64,000 bases of DNA from an archaeon. Its GTDB lineage: Archaea; SpSt-1190; DYHY01. This document shows positions 29,088 to 38,356 of the stretch, one piece after another; the first letter of the stretch is position 1, and each line of letters begins with the position of its first letter. The position numbers and the translations under genes were made by a program. The stretch spans positions 1 to 64,000 of the forward strand of contig JAZDJS010000019.1 of NCBI GenBank assembly GCA_043803745.1, read 5' to 3'. The notes beneath the pieces are model-generated. The model ran no database searches. It was given only the letters and a program-made list of their open reading frames with translations, and had not been told where the DNA came from.

Positions 29088-29762
29088 TCAAACTGAAAGG
29101 GAAATCAGGTTCCCCCTCGCCTTCTCCGCGGAGGCATAGTTGTCAGGGTCTTTGTATGCGTTCCCTCTTGCCGAGATTCCCCGGTAAATATTCCCTGCGC
29201 GGTGGACCTTGCTGCACACCTGTCGGGCTTCAACTATCCGTTCCGCAATTCTCCTGCGTCTCTCAACTGCTTCGTGCGGAGTCATGCTTCGCTCCTCTTC
29301 CTCGCCGACGACTTCAAGCACGGTCCGCCCAGTCTCGTCCCAGGCAAGCTTCAGGGGCGCCGTGTATTTTTCTCCGGTGAGGGCGAGGACTGCCTCCTCT
29401 AATTCCGGTCCTCCGCTCACGCGCGCCTCTTCCAGGACTGCCTTTTGCAGGCAGGCGGCAAGGTATGCATCCGCTTCCGGAACGTACTTGATTTCAAGGC
29501 GGTATTTGGCAGATGGAGCTATTTTTTCCAGCTCGGCGTTGAGCCCGGCAAGGACCTCGGAGCGGGGCGCTTCAGCTGAAGCTGAATAAATCTCTCTGTC
29601 TGCGTGGATTGCCTGAAGCCTTTTTTCCGGACCAATCTTAAGGTGGACTTTCCTGACCGGCGCAGGTTTTTCCCTGGTGCTCGAACTGCTTCCCATTCCC
29701 GGCTGCCAGAATCCGGGGAGGATTACCAGGGCAAGCAGGATTGCTGCCGCAAGTTCCATCAT
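29088..29762 (-). CDS. Hypothetical secreted or membrane-anchored protein
   Basis: N-terminal hydrophobic segment; 224 aa. Confidence 0.6.
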   Translation of the reverse strand: MMELAAAILLALVILPGFWQPGMGSSSSTREKPAPVRKVHLKIGPEKRLQAIHADREIYSASAEAPRSEVLAGLNAELEKIAPSAKYRLEIKYVPEADAYLAACLQKAVLEEARVSGGPELEEAVLALTGEKYTAPLKLAWDETGRTVLEVVGEEEERSMTPHEAVERRRRIAERIVEARQVCSKVHRAGNIYRGISARGNAYKDPDNYASAEKARGNLISLSV

Positions 29763-29881
29763 TTCCCTACACCCTCCCGGTTCTTTCCGCTTACGTTGCC
29801 AGCCAGAATTGCCGCGGAAATTCCCTCGGAAGCTCCGTAGGCAGTTCTAGCTGACTTTTTCTTTCCCGTATTTTCATTCAT
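29759..29881 (-). CDS. Small hypothetical protein (40 aa)
   Basis: MNENTGKKK...; ATGA overlap with the next gene. Confidence 0.35.
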   Translation of the reverse strand: MNENTGKKKSARTAYGASEGISAAILAGNVSGKNREGVGK

Positions 29882-30162
29882 TTTTTTTCGTTCCTTTTTT
29901 CTCTGTTGTTCCGACTGACAAAAACAAATCAGTTCAAACTCCGGTCTGCAGCCTACTTGGCTGAAGAATCAAGACAGTCCCTTTCGGAAGGCTCTCGCAA
30001 TCCTTAGTCAGAAACCGCAATCCTTAGCGGAGTTGTTTTTCCTAATCCGCGAAGGAGAAGGTGCCGCTAAATGAGAATACCTGCTTCAATTCAGCACCTG
30101 ATTTTTCCATTTGACAGTATTGCCTACTCGTCCTATTTTAATTTTCCGGTGTAACTGGGCGG

Positions 30163-30693
30163 TCACACTTTTCCGGTCCTCGCGTTCGTCTGGTTGGCTG
30201 GCGCTGCTCCCGCCTCAAGCATAGCAATACAATATTTATCGTGGATGAAAGCGCTGGCTGCCGGGGAAATTTCTGCCAGCAACCTGGGATATATTTCGGA
30301 TGGCTCCCCCGTAACTGAACTTGCTTCATCGGCAAGCAGCGCATATGCCAAAGCGGTTTTCGTCGGGTCGCCCCGTCCCATTAGGGCGGGGACATATTCA
30401 GGGTGGGTGTTCCCAAATCTCTCCATTCTCCCCTTGACAAGGCAATTCGAAAGATATCCGGATGCCTTTTCGTCAATCGCGAGAACTGAAATGGCTTTTC
30501 CGTTTCTGGCGTAAGTTCCAAGAAGGAAATCAGAAAGCTCCCGCAGGACGGTGTAGTCTGCTTTTCCATTGGGGATTTCTCGAACCTGCTCTCCGTTGCA
30601 GACAATTGTGATTGCTTTGCTGGTTTCAGCTATAGCTATCACTACTGTGCCAGGAATTTCTTCAGCCGGTCTTCTCTCTTCCGTTTCTGCCAT
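30163..30693 (-). CDS. Hypothetical protein
   Basis: 176-aa ORF. Confidence 0.6.
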   Translation of the reverse strand: MAETEERRPAEEIPGTVVIAIAETSKAITIVCNGEQVREIPNGKADYTVLRELSDFLLGTYARNGKAISVLAIDEKASGYLSNCLVKGRMERFGNTHPEYVPALMGRGDPTKTALAYALLADEASSVTGEPSEIYPRLLAEISPAASAFIHDKYCIAMLEAGAAPANQTNARTGKV

Positions 30694-30825
30694 TTTTCTT
30701 CAGTCAGTTCGAAACGCGGTTCTCCCGTGGTCAAGGTTCATTGGCATTCAGACGGCTGCCTCCCCTTGATTTTTTTTCTCGCTCTTCTATTCTTTCTTAC
30801 TCTCCTTTCCCCCTCCCCTTCTCAA

Positions 30826-31122
30826 CTACTGATTCAGGAACACGTTCTCCCTCGCAACATTGAGTCTGTATCCGTGGACGCGTCCGAAAGCCTCCATGTT
30901 TATCTGGTAGGTCTGGGACTGCTTCGGGTTCTCGTGCCTGTGGGACGCGAGAGCCTTGACTATTTCTCCCACAAGGACAGCCTCCGACCCAATCATCTCA
31001 TCCGGATTCTCCGCGAATTGGAAATACCCCGCCTCGCGGAGGGCTGCGGAAACATGGTCCTTGTGCGCCCAATCTGACGCAGCGACCGGCCCCTTTGCCC
31101 CCAACTTGAAGTAGTATGGCAT
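30826..31122 (-). CDS. Hypothetical protein
   Basis: 98-aa ORF with GAGG RBS. Confidence 0.55.
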   Translation of the reverse strand: MPYYFKLGAKGPVAASDWAHKDHVSAALREAGYFQFAENPDEMIGSEAVLVGEIVKALASHRHENPKQSQTYQINMEAFGRVHGYRLNVARENVFLNQ

Positions 31123-31134
31123 CCGGACCGCGCC

Positions 31135-31305
31135 TCACTCCGCCTCCCCTATTCCTCCCCCGCCATCTTCCTCAAGCTCGGGCGGGACCTGCACTTCCAT
31201 TCCCATTGAAGCCTCTAGAGAGCTCGCCAGGAGGTCGAACTGCATCTTGTTAAGGGAGAACTCCTTCGCCCCAACAACTATCTTCACCATTCTGTTTCCT
31301 TCCAT
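31135..31305 (-). CDS. Small hypothetical protein (56 aa)
   Basis: MEGNRMVKIVVGAKEFSL...; AAGGAG RBS upstream. Confidence 0.45.
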   Translation of the reverse strand: MEGNRMVKIVVGAKEFSLNKMQFDLLASSLEASMGMEVQVPPELEEDGGGGIGEAE

Positions 31306-31816
31306 TTTGTTTTCTTCTCCTTATTCTGTTTCTTCTTTCTACTGGGGAAAAATAAATGTCCTGGGTTGACCTGAGAATCAAACACGGGCTTGATTTTTTC
31401 AGCCAGCCCCTTCCTTCAAAATTTGCGTTTTTTCACGCGCCCTATTGTCCAAGATGACTTGGAGTTTCGGACGCGCTTATTCCCGCGTTTCCCTTTCCTC
31501 AGAACTTGAGGAAATCGGTTCCGCCAATGACACGGACCTGTTTTGTATTGTCCGGCATCCGGCGGAAACAGACGTGGTTTTCCCCTGTAAGGGAGATAGA
31601 CCAATAGCTACCTGGATTGGATAGAACCTGCTGACTTCCAGATAGCTGTTCCATTTCTGGGATGTATTGCCCCCTCATCCTATTTTAATCTTTCCCTGGG
31701 CGCAATTCTGTACCTACTGACGAAATATCGCGCAATTTTCGTGGGATGGTGTATTACCGCAATTTTTCAGAAGAGCTTTAAAAAACGGGCGTCTGATTGG
31801 AACGGGCAAATACGAA

Positions 31817-32896
31817 ATGGACATCGAAGAGAGAATCAACCTGATCAAGCAAGTCGGCGAGGAAATCCTGACTGAGGAAGAGCTTCGGGAGCTTTTGCAG
31901 AACAAGAAGACGCCGATAGCCTACGACGGCTTCGAGCCCTCCGGACAATTGCACATTGCCCAGGGCCTCCTGAGGACGATAAACGTAAACAAGATGACGC
32001 AAGCCGGATGCAGGTTCAAGATGTGGGTTGCCGACTGGCACGGCTGGGCGAACAACAAGATGGGTGGCGACCTGGAGAAGATCCAGCTTACGGGCAAATA
32101 CCTGATAGAAGTCTGGAAAGCCTGCGGGATGGACTTGAAAAATGTAGAGTTCGTCTGGGCTAACGATGCAATCCCCAGCAGGGAATACTGGAAACTCGTC
32201 ATGCAGATAGCTAGGAATTCCACACTCAACAGGATAATCAGGTGCGGGCAGATAATGGGAAGGAAGGAAAGCGAGGTAATGCAGGCATCGCAGATCCTCT
32301 ACCCTTGCATGCAGGCGGCCGACATCTTCTATCTCAAGGCGGACATCTGCCAGCTGGGACTGGACCAGCGGAAGGTGAACATACTCGCACGGGAGCTCGG
32401 CCCGAAGCTCGGCTTCTGGAAACCGGTTGTCGTGAGCCACCACATGATGATGGGCCTTGGCAAGCCGCCTGCAAGCACCGGGGGCGATGCAATTGAAAAG
32501 GCAATTGAGATGAAAATGTCCAAGTCGAATCCGGACAGCGCGATATTCATGACTGATTCGCGCGAGGATATTGCGAGGAAAATAAAGAACGCATTCTGCC
32601 CGGAAAAGCAGGTTGCGGAGAACCCGGTCCTCGAATACTGCAGGTTCATCCTTTTCGAAAAGTTCAAAACGCTGAAGATAGAGAGGCCGGAGAAATACGG
32701 CGGGAATTTAGAAATCGCAAGCTATCCTGAACTTGAAAGTCTTTTTGCGGGCGGGAAGCTTTCCCCGGTAGACCTGAAGGGCGCCGTTGCCGACCACCTT
32801 GACAAGCTCGTTTCCCCGGTAAGGGAGCATTTCGAGAAGGACAAGCACGCAAAAGAGCTAAAAGAGCAAGTTGAGTCTTTCCAGGTAACTAGGTAA
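31817..32896 (+). CDS. tyrS: Tyrosyl-tRNA synthetase (archaeal type)
   Basis: YDGFEPSG, HIAQ, YPCMQAAD, GLDQRK, KMSKS. Confidence 0.96.
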   Translation: MDIEERINLIKQVGEEILTEEELRELLQNKKTPIAYDGFEPSGQLHIAQGLLRTINVNKMTQAGCRFKMWVADWHGWANNKMGGDLEKIQLTGKYLIEVWKACGMDLKNVEFVWANDAIPSREYWKLVMQIARNSTLNRIIRCGQIMGRKESEVMQASQILYPCMQAADIFYLKADICQLGLDQRKVNILARELGPKLGFWKPVVVSHHMMMGLGKPPASTGGDAIEKAIEMKMSKSNPDSAIFMTDSREDIARKIKNAFCPEKQVAENPVLEYCRFILFEKFKTLKIERPEKYGGNLEIASYPELESLFAGGKLSPVDLKGAVADHLDKLVSPVREHFEKDKHAKELKEQVESFQVTR

Positions 32897-32899
32897 GGA

Positions 32900-33271
32900 C
32901 TAGATTCTTCCGGATTCCGCAACAGTCCGTTTTTCCTTGACTGCTCCGGTGTTAATTGTCGTCTTGGGCTCTATCAAGATAACGTGAACCTCTTTTTCTG
33001 CAACCGGTTTGTGTTCAACACCCTTCGGTATGACGACAAAGTCCCCCTCGCCAAGTTTCAGGTCCGCTTTTCTCAGCTTGATTGTCAGCTTCCCCTTCAC
33101 GACAAGGAACAATTCGTCTTCGTTCGCATGGTCATGCCAGACGAATTCCCCTTTGAGTTTGGCAACTTTTATGTGGGAATCGTTCAGATCCCCTATTATC
33201 TTCGGGGACCAGTGCGTTCTGAACAAGGAAAGCTTCTCCTTGACGTTTACGACCTTCACATCCATTTTCAT
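32900..33271 (-). CDS. Cupin domain protein
   Basis: GEFVWHDH.NEDELF, VIPKGVEHKP. Confidence 0.92.
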   Translation of the reverse strand: MKMDVKVVNVKEKLSLFRTHWSPKIIGDLNDSHIKVAKLKGEFVWHDHANEDELFLVVKGKLTIKLRKADLKLGEGDFVVIPKGVEHKPVAEKEVHVILIEPKTTINTGAVKEKRTVAESGRI

Positions 33272-33343
33272 TCTCGTTCCTCCGGAACCTCGCTTTGTGG
33301 CGCCCTGTATAAAACGGCATTGCCTTTTTAGTCAACAGAATGG

Positions 33344-34516
33344 TTAGCCGATTTTCGCCCTGTCGTCAAGGACTATTCCGGTGAGCTCGCCGACCGGGAC
33401 GTTGTAGAAGTTCCCCTCGCCGATTCCGGAAAGCTCCCTTGCGAGTTTCTCCCCTTCCTCGACAAGCCCGATTCCGGCAACCGAGATAGTTATCCCGGCG
33501 GCCGATGCCTTCTCAACCGATTCGCGCGCATCCTCGACTGGCTTTTCCCCCTCGGTCGGGAGGGCGTCCGTGATAAGGAGGATGTGTTTTGCCGATTCCC
33601 GGTCAAGGGCCCGAAGTATTTCCGCCGCAAGGAAAACCGCTTTTGCAATCGATGTGGTGCCCCCGGGGGTAAGGGAGACTATTTTCTCCGCGAAATACGG
33701 GACGTCCTCGGAATCCGAGAATTCGCAAATCAGTTCCGGCTCCTTCCTGAAGGCAATGACGGCAACCCGGTCAAGGGTCCCTATTGAAACCGCCGCAAGC
33801 CCGATTGCCGCGCGCTTGCAGGAATCGAGCTTGTCCCCCTTCATGCTTCCGGAGGAATCCAGGACGAAGACGAAATCGACGCCCGTCCTCTTCGTCATTT
33901 CCGAGGAGCGCAGGTCCTCCCTGATTATCCTCCCGTGCCCCCGCTTTGCGGCAACCGAGACCGTCCGCCTGATAGAGATCCGCTTGTAGCTGTGCCCCCT
34001 GGAATATGGAAGGGCTAGCTCGGTCCGTTCCTCAAAGCCGGAGGATTTCGCCGGATGGGTCCCGTGCCCGAGGCGGGAGAGTATTTCCAGCTCGTCCCGC
34101 AGGGTTTCCTCCGCGATTTCCTTCAGAGCCTTTTTGGTGAGGGCGCCGCCTTCTTTCGTGACATATCCCTCCGAGGAAAGGAGCTTTGAGCGCTTTTCAA
34201 TCCTCTCGGAAATCTGGCTGACCCGTTCAAGCTTCCCTTCTGAACGGCGGAGCTCGGAAATCGGCAGGCCTGTGAGGTCCTTGAGGATTTCGTCCCCATA
34301 TGTCCCGATAGCTGAATCGAGGTCGAAGACAATTGATCTTGCGACGAAAATCGCGTTAATCCCGGAGAGCCCGCGGTTGGCCATCTGCCTCAGGAGGGGC
34401 CCGAAGCTTTTCGTTTCCTTTTCGGGAATCTGCGAATCCTTGCTTGAAAATTCCTGCTTCTGCTCGCCGGAATCCTCGTCCTCGGATCCCCCGGATTTCT
34501 CGCCCGGGGGGATTAT
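33344..34516 (-). CDS. vWA domain protein with acidic linker; ChlD-like C-terminal part, predicted -1 frameshift extension of the upstream ATPase
   Basis: MIDAS motif DSSGSM, TPGGTT, LLITDA; frame stays open 44 codons upstream of ATG 34384, into the end of the ATPase gene. Confidence 0.85.
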   Translation of the reverse strand: MIPPGEKSGGSEDEDSGEQKQEFSSKDSQIPEKETKSFGPLLRQMANRGLSGINAIFVARSIVFDLDSAIGTYGDEILKDLTGLPISELRRSEGKLERVSQISERIEKRSKLLSSEGYVTKEGGALTKKALKEIAEETLRDELEILSRLGHGTHPAKSSGFEERTELALPYSRGHSYKRISIRRTVSVAAKRGHGRIIREDLRSSEMTKRTGVDFVFVLDSSGSMKGDKLDSCKRAAIGLAAVSIGTLDRVAVIAFRKEPELICEFSDSEDVPYFAEKIVSLTPGGTTSIAKAVFLAAEILRALDRESAKHILLITDALPTEGEKPVEDARESVEKASAAGITISVAGIGLVEEGEKLARELSGIGEGNFYNVPVGELTGIVLDDRAKIG

Positions 34517-34522
34517 TTTGGG
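34486..34522 (-). promoter_or_regulatory. Predicted -1 programmed ribosomal frameshift signal
   Basis: C_CCA_AAA heptamer in the zero frame, TAA, 5-nt spacer, stem CCCCCGGG/TCCGGGGG. Confidence 0.75.
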
Positions 34523-35523
34523 ACTTGCTGAGCAATCAAGGAATCGACAACTTCCGCCGGCTCTATCGAATGCCGGAATTTCGGGGAAAGCTTTATCCGG
34601 TGGTCGAGAACTGAATGGACGACTTCGAGGAGGTCGGACATCTCCGCCTGTTTCCTTCCGTTCGAAAGCGCCTGCCCCTGCACCCTTTCGTAAAGGCCTA
34701 TCGTCGCCCTCACGCCGGCGGGTCGCTCAATCCGCTCGTCTGCCCGGGTTGCCCGGACAATCGAGACTATTGCGGAAAGGACCTTTTCCGGAACCTTCAC
34801 GCCCTCTATCTTCGCGGACTTCTCCTCGGCGATCTTCTTCTCGGTTTCCGGGGTTTCGGGGAAATCCATCTTTATGAAATCGAGCCGGTCAAGAAGGGCC
34901 TCCGAAAGCTTCTCGGTGCCGGCGGACTCCTTCGGGTTCATCGTTGCAATCAGGATGAAATCGGTCGGGTAGTCGACCTCATAGCCGCTCACCGTGACGC
35001 GACCCTCCTCGAGAACCTGCAGGAGCGAATTCTGGAGCCGCTCAGGGCACCTGTTGATTTCATCGAAGAACAGGATGCCTCGGTGGGCGCGGAGGATCTT
35101 CCCCGGGGTGAACGCCCGCGAATCGCGCGGCCCGAATTCAAGCGCCTTGACCGGGTCAATGTCGCCAAGGAGGTCCTCCGGCTGGAGGTCCGGGGAGCCC
35201 TGGACCCGGATGAACCGCTTTATTCCGGGCGACTTTTCCGAAGCAAGCTTCTCCCCTTTCGCCTTCCTTTTCAGGCAGACCGGGCACACTGGATCGGCGG
35301 GGTCGCAGTTGAAATCGCATCCGGAAACGACCGGGATTTCGGGAAGGAGTCTTGCAACGGACTTGGCTAGCGTTGTTTTCCCAACGCCGGGATATCCGAG
35401 GATTGCGAAATGCCTCCCTGCGAGGATTGCCGAAATCGCTCCCTTCTTCGCGCCATCCTGCCCGAATATTTCGGGAAACGGGTCCTTATTTTTGGAAACT
35501 ATTGTCTTCTGAAAAGCGTCCAT
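34513..35523 (-). CDS. ChlI/MoxR-like AAA+ ATPase
   Basis: PFPEIFGQ, Walker A GYPGVGKT, CDFNCDP, Walker B FFDEINR, ATMNP, LLDRL. Confidence 0.92.
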   Translation of the reverse strand: MDAFQKTIVSKNKDPFPEIFGQDGAKKGAISAILAGRHFAILGYPGVGKTTLAKSVARLLPEIPVVSGCDFNCDPADPVCPVCLKRKAKGEKLASEKSPGIKRFIRVQGSPDLQPEDLLGDIDPVKALEFGPRDSRAFTPGKILRAHRGILFFDEINRCPERLQNSLLQVLEEGRVTVSGYEVDYPTDFILIATMNPKESAGTEKLSEALLDRLDFIKMDFPETPETEKKIAEEKSAKIEGVKVPEKVLSAIVSIVRATRADERIERPAGVRATIGLYERVQGQALSNGRKQAEMSDLLEVVHSVLDHRIKLSPKFRHSIEPAEVVDSLIAQQVPK

Positions 35524-35662
35524 TCCGGAAGCTTCCGGAGCCCTCTTTTATTTGTTTGGCTTCCTGTCCGAAAGGGCTCCGGAGCGGGTTCCCGGTTCGG
35601 TTCCTAGTTGGGTTCCTTTTTTGGGCGCTCAGTTTTAAAAACGAGAATGGGCCCATTTTCAG

Positions 35663-36289
35663 ATGGCAGGGAAGAAACTGAAGGCATCCGGCAAAGGTAA
35701 GAAGACGGAGGCTGCAAAACTCGTCCTGATTTTGGGGCCTTCCGGAGTCGGGAAAACCGCGGTAATCACAAGGGCAATCGAGGGCATGCCCGACTGCGTT
35801 GTCGTTAATTTCGGGCATCTCACGCAGCAGATGGTCGGGGACAGGGACAGGTTCAGGCGTGAAGCAAGTCTTGCGGACGCGAGGAAAATGCAGACCGCAG
35901 TTGCGAGGAAGCTCGAGGGCATGAGGAAGAAGGCCAAAGGGATTTTCATCGTGACATCCCATGCAGTGATGTTCCGCCCGTCAGGATTCTGGCCTGGATT
36001 CCCAAGATGGATTCTTGACGAGATTGACCTCAGCTCAATAGTCTTGATTTCCGGAATCCCCGAGGAAATCGCTGCAAGAAAGGCTGCGGATGCCGCTGCC
36101 GGAGTGAAGGACGGGCGGACACGGGACGAAACTCCCTTGGTGACAATCCTTGCCGAGCAGGAGATAGGGCGCGGGGCCGCATATGCATATTCGGCATATT
36201 CCGGGGCGGTAATCAAGGAGATAGTCAACAAGCAGGGGCTTCTTGACGAGGCTGCTTCCGACCTGAGGAAGGCGCTTGAGAAGCTTTGA
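35663..36289 (+). CDS. adkA: Archaeal-type adenylate kinase
   Basis: GPSGVGKT, VVNFG, DRDRFR, GFWPGFP, RTRD. Confidence 0.8.
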   Translation: MAGKKLKASGKGKKTEAAKLVLILGPSGVGKTAVITRAIEGMPDCVVVNFGHLTQQMVGDRDRFRREASLADARKMQTAVARKLEGMRKKAKGIFIVTSHAVMFRPSGFWPGFPRWILDEIDLSSIVLISGIPEEIAARKAADAAAGVKDGRTRDETPLVTILAEQEIGRGAAYAYSAYSGAVIKEIVNKQGLLDEAASDLRKALEKL

Positions 36290-36746
36290 TATGACTGGGA
36301 AGAGGGCGACCAAACAGCCAAAGCTTCTCGGGAAACGCGGGAAAATCTACCTTGTTGCAATGGCAATTGTCGAATGCAAAGGCAAAAAGCTGCTTTTAGC
36401 GAAAAGGTCGGACTGCCTGCTCTGGAATTTCGTCGGGGGAACGGTTGACTTTGGCGAGAATTCTTGGGAAACCGTCGCGAGGGAGGTTTTTGAGGAGACT
36501 GGGATACGGGCGCGCCAATCCGAGTTCAGGTTCCTTTTCGCCCAGGAGACGATAAGGCCGGAAAACGACCTCCACGCAATCTTCCTTGTCTACAAGCTTT
36601 CCCTGGGGGATTTTCCGGTTCTCAGGAAAAACGGCGAGAGCCTGGAATTCGGCTGGTTCCGTCCCGGAAAACCTCCGAAAGGACTGACGCCCGGTACGCG
36701 GGACGCGCTTGGAAATCTCTTGGCTGGGAAAAGCCGGACTGATTAA
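36276..36746 (+). CDS. NUDIX hydrolase
   Basis: GGTVDFGENSWETVAREVFEETGI. Confidence 0.88.
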   Translation: MRSFDMTGKRATKQPKLLGKRGKIYLVAMAIVECKGKKLLLAKRSDCLLWNFVGGTVDFGENSWETVAREVFEETGIRARQSEFRFLFAQETIRPENDLHAIFLVYKLSLGDFPVLRKNGESLEFGWFRPGKPPKGLTPGTRDALGNLLAGKSRTD

Positions 36747-36806
36747 TTCCCGCTTTTTTTCGCGAAAGTTTATATCTGCTTTCCCGGATATCCGCCCAAG
36801 AAACCA

Positions 36807-37589
36807 ATGGAACGCGCGATAAGGGACTGCCTGATTGTGATGATGAGCTGCGCAATTGCAGTTTTCCTCATCCCGATATCCGAGGAGAACCTGCTTTTCT
36901 TCTCCAGAAGCGTTCAGATAGTCTGCCTGATTGTTGCGGCGACTTTCTCCTATGCCTCAATACGCAAGTACAGCATCAGCAGCCTCCAAGGGAAGATTCT
37001 TTTCCTGCTTTTCGGCACATATTCCTTCCAGGTCATAACCGCTTGTTTCAGGTTCTATAACGAGGTCGTTCTCGGGAAGCTTCCTTCCTTGGTTGACCCC
37101 GTGCTTGCAATCCGGCAGGGGGCGATGTATGCGTTCCTCCTCCTGGGGGTGCTTATCGGCGGTCCCTTCCTGAGAAAGACAATGAAAGCGCCCTCCAAAT
37201 CAATGATTGCGCTGCCTGCGGCTTTCCTTGTGATTTCCGTTGCAGGATGCGCCGTTGCGTTCCTGAACGGAGTCCATTTGGGGAGCTTTTCTGAGCTCTT
37301 CTTTTTCCTTGTGATGCCTGTTGGGATGAATGCCGGGCTTTGGATCCTCTGCTCTTTCACCGCAAGTTTCGAGGGAGGCAAGCTCCAGCGTCCCTGGCTG
37401 CTCCTTGCACTGGGCATTTTCACCCAGCTTTCCGGCGACCTTGCTTTCAACTTAACGACCCGGATGGGCGTCTATTCGGTCGGCTCGGCAATCGACCTTG
37501 TCCAGATCGCCGGCTATCTCCTCGGGATATATGCCGTTTCCAAGTTCATATCGGTCATTGAGAATATCGAGTCCCAGCCGTTTTTCTGA
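36807..37589 (+). CDS. Multi-pass membrane protein (sensor-like TM domain)
   Basis: About 8 TM segments; PSLVD and YSVGSAIDL...GY motifs. Confidence 0.75.
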   Translation: MERAIRDCLIVMMSCAIAVFLIPISEENLLFFSRSVQIVCLIVAATFSYASIRKYSISSLQGKILFLLFGTYSFQVITACFRFYNEVVLGKLPSLVDPVLAIRQGAMYAFLLLGVLIGGPFLRKTMKAPSKSMIALPAAFLVISVAGCAVAFLNGVHLGSFSELFFFLVMPVGMNAGLWILCSFTASFEGGKLQRPWLLLALGIFTQLSGDLAFNLTTRMGVYSVGSAIDLVQIAGYLLGIYAVSKFISVIENIESQPFF

Positions 37590-37646
37590 ACAAAGGCGGC
37601 GAATCATTAAAGCCTGGGAAGAACCGGTTTTCCCGATTGGAAGAAA

Positions 37647-38033
37647 ATGGAAATGATGATAACTAGGATAAATCCGGCAGATTCCCCGAAGGTCATAGGC
37701 CCCTATTCCCAGTGCGTTGCTTCTGGGAACTTGGTATTTTCAGCCGGCCAGATTGGGATTGACCCGAAAACCGGGAAGCTTGTCGATGGAGGTTTCGCAA
37801 ACCAAGTGCGTCAGACCCTTGAGAACCTCCGGACAATCCTTTCTGCTGCGGGTTCGGGTCCTGAGAAAGTGTTGAAGGCGACAATCTACTTCACTGACCT
37901 TTCGAACTACAAGGAATTCAACGAAATCTACGCGGCGTTCTTTTCGGGCAATTTTCCCGCACGCGCGGCAGTCCAAGTCTCGGCTCTTCCGGCTGGCGCT
38001 CTTGTCGAAATCGACATAATAGCGACCCGCTGA
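37647..38033 (+). CDS. ridA: RidA/YjgF family deaminase
   Basis: IGPYSQ, AGQIG, FPARAAV, LP.GALVEID. Confidence 0.93.
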   Translation: MEMMITRINPADSPKVIGPYSQCVASGNLVFSAGQIGIDPKTGKLVDGGFANQVRQTLENLRTILSAAGSGPEKVLKATIYFTDLSNYKEFNEIYAAFFSGNFPARAAVQVSALPAGALVEIDIIATR

Positions 38034-38072
38034 AAACAATTTTAAACCCTCGGAAGCTTCTGAACTCCGAAA

Positions 38073-38143
38073 GCGGCCATAGTCTAGTGGCAGGATATGA
38101 GCTTCCCAAGCTTAGGACCCGGGTCCGAATCCCGGTGGCCGCA
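38073..38143 (+). tRNA. tRNA-Gly(CCC)
   Basis: GCGGCCA/TGGCCGC acceptor stem; TGAGC-TTCCCAA-GCTTA; atypical T-loop TCCGAAT; TTTAAA box upstream. Confidence 0.9.
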
Positions 38144-38338
38144 CTCGCCCCTCCCTTGGAAAAATGGTCCTCAGGCCATCCAGTCGAGACAGGACATCCG
38201 AGGGGCTCGTGGACTTCTCCAGTGCCGAGGCACGGATCCTCTGAGGAGGAGCCTCCTTACCGGGCAGCTCAGCCGCACCAGAACTCCCCGAAGGACGAAC
38301 TGAATTCATCGCAGGCTGTGGAAAGTTATATAAACTAA

Positions 38339-38356
38339 AGTTAACATATATTAACT
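38339..38356. promoter_or_regulatory. Inverted repeat, putative operator of the MNT-HEPN module
   Basis: AGTTAA-CATATA-TTAACT between the TATA box and the ATG. Confidence 0.5.
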
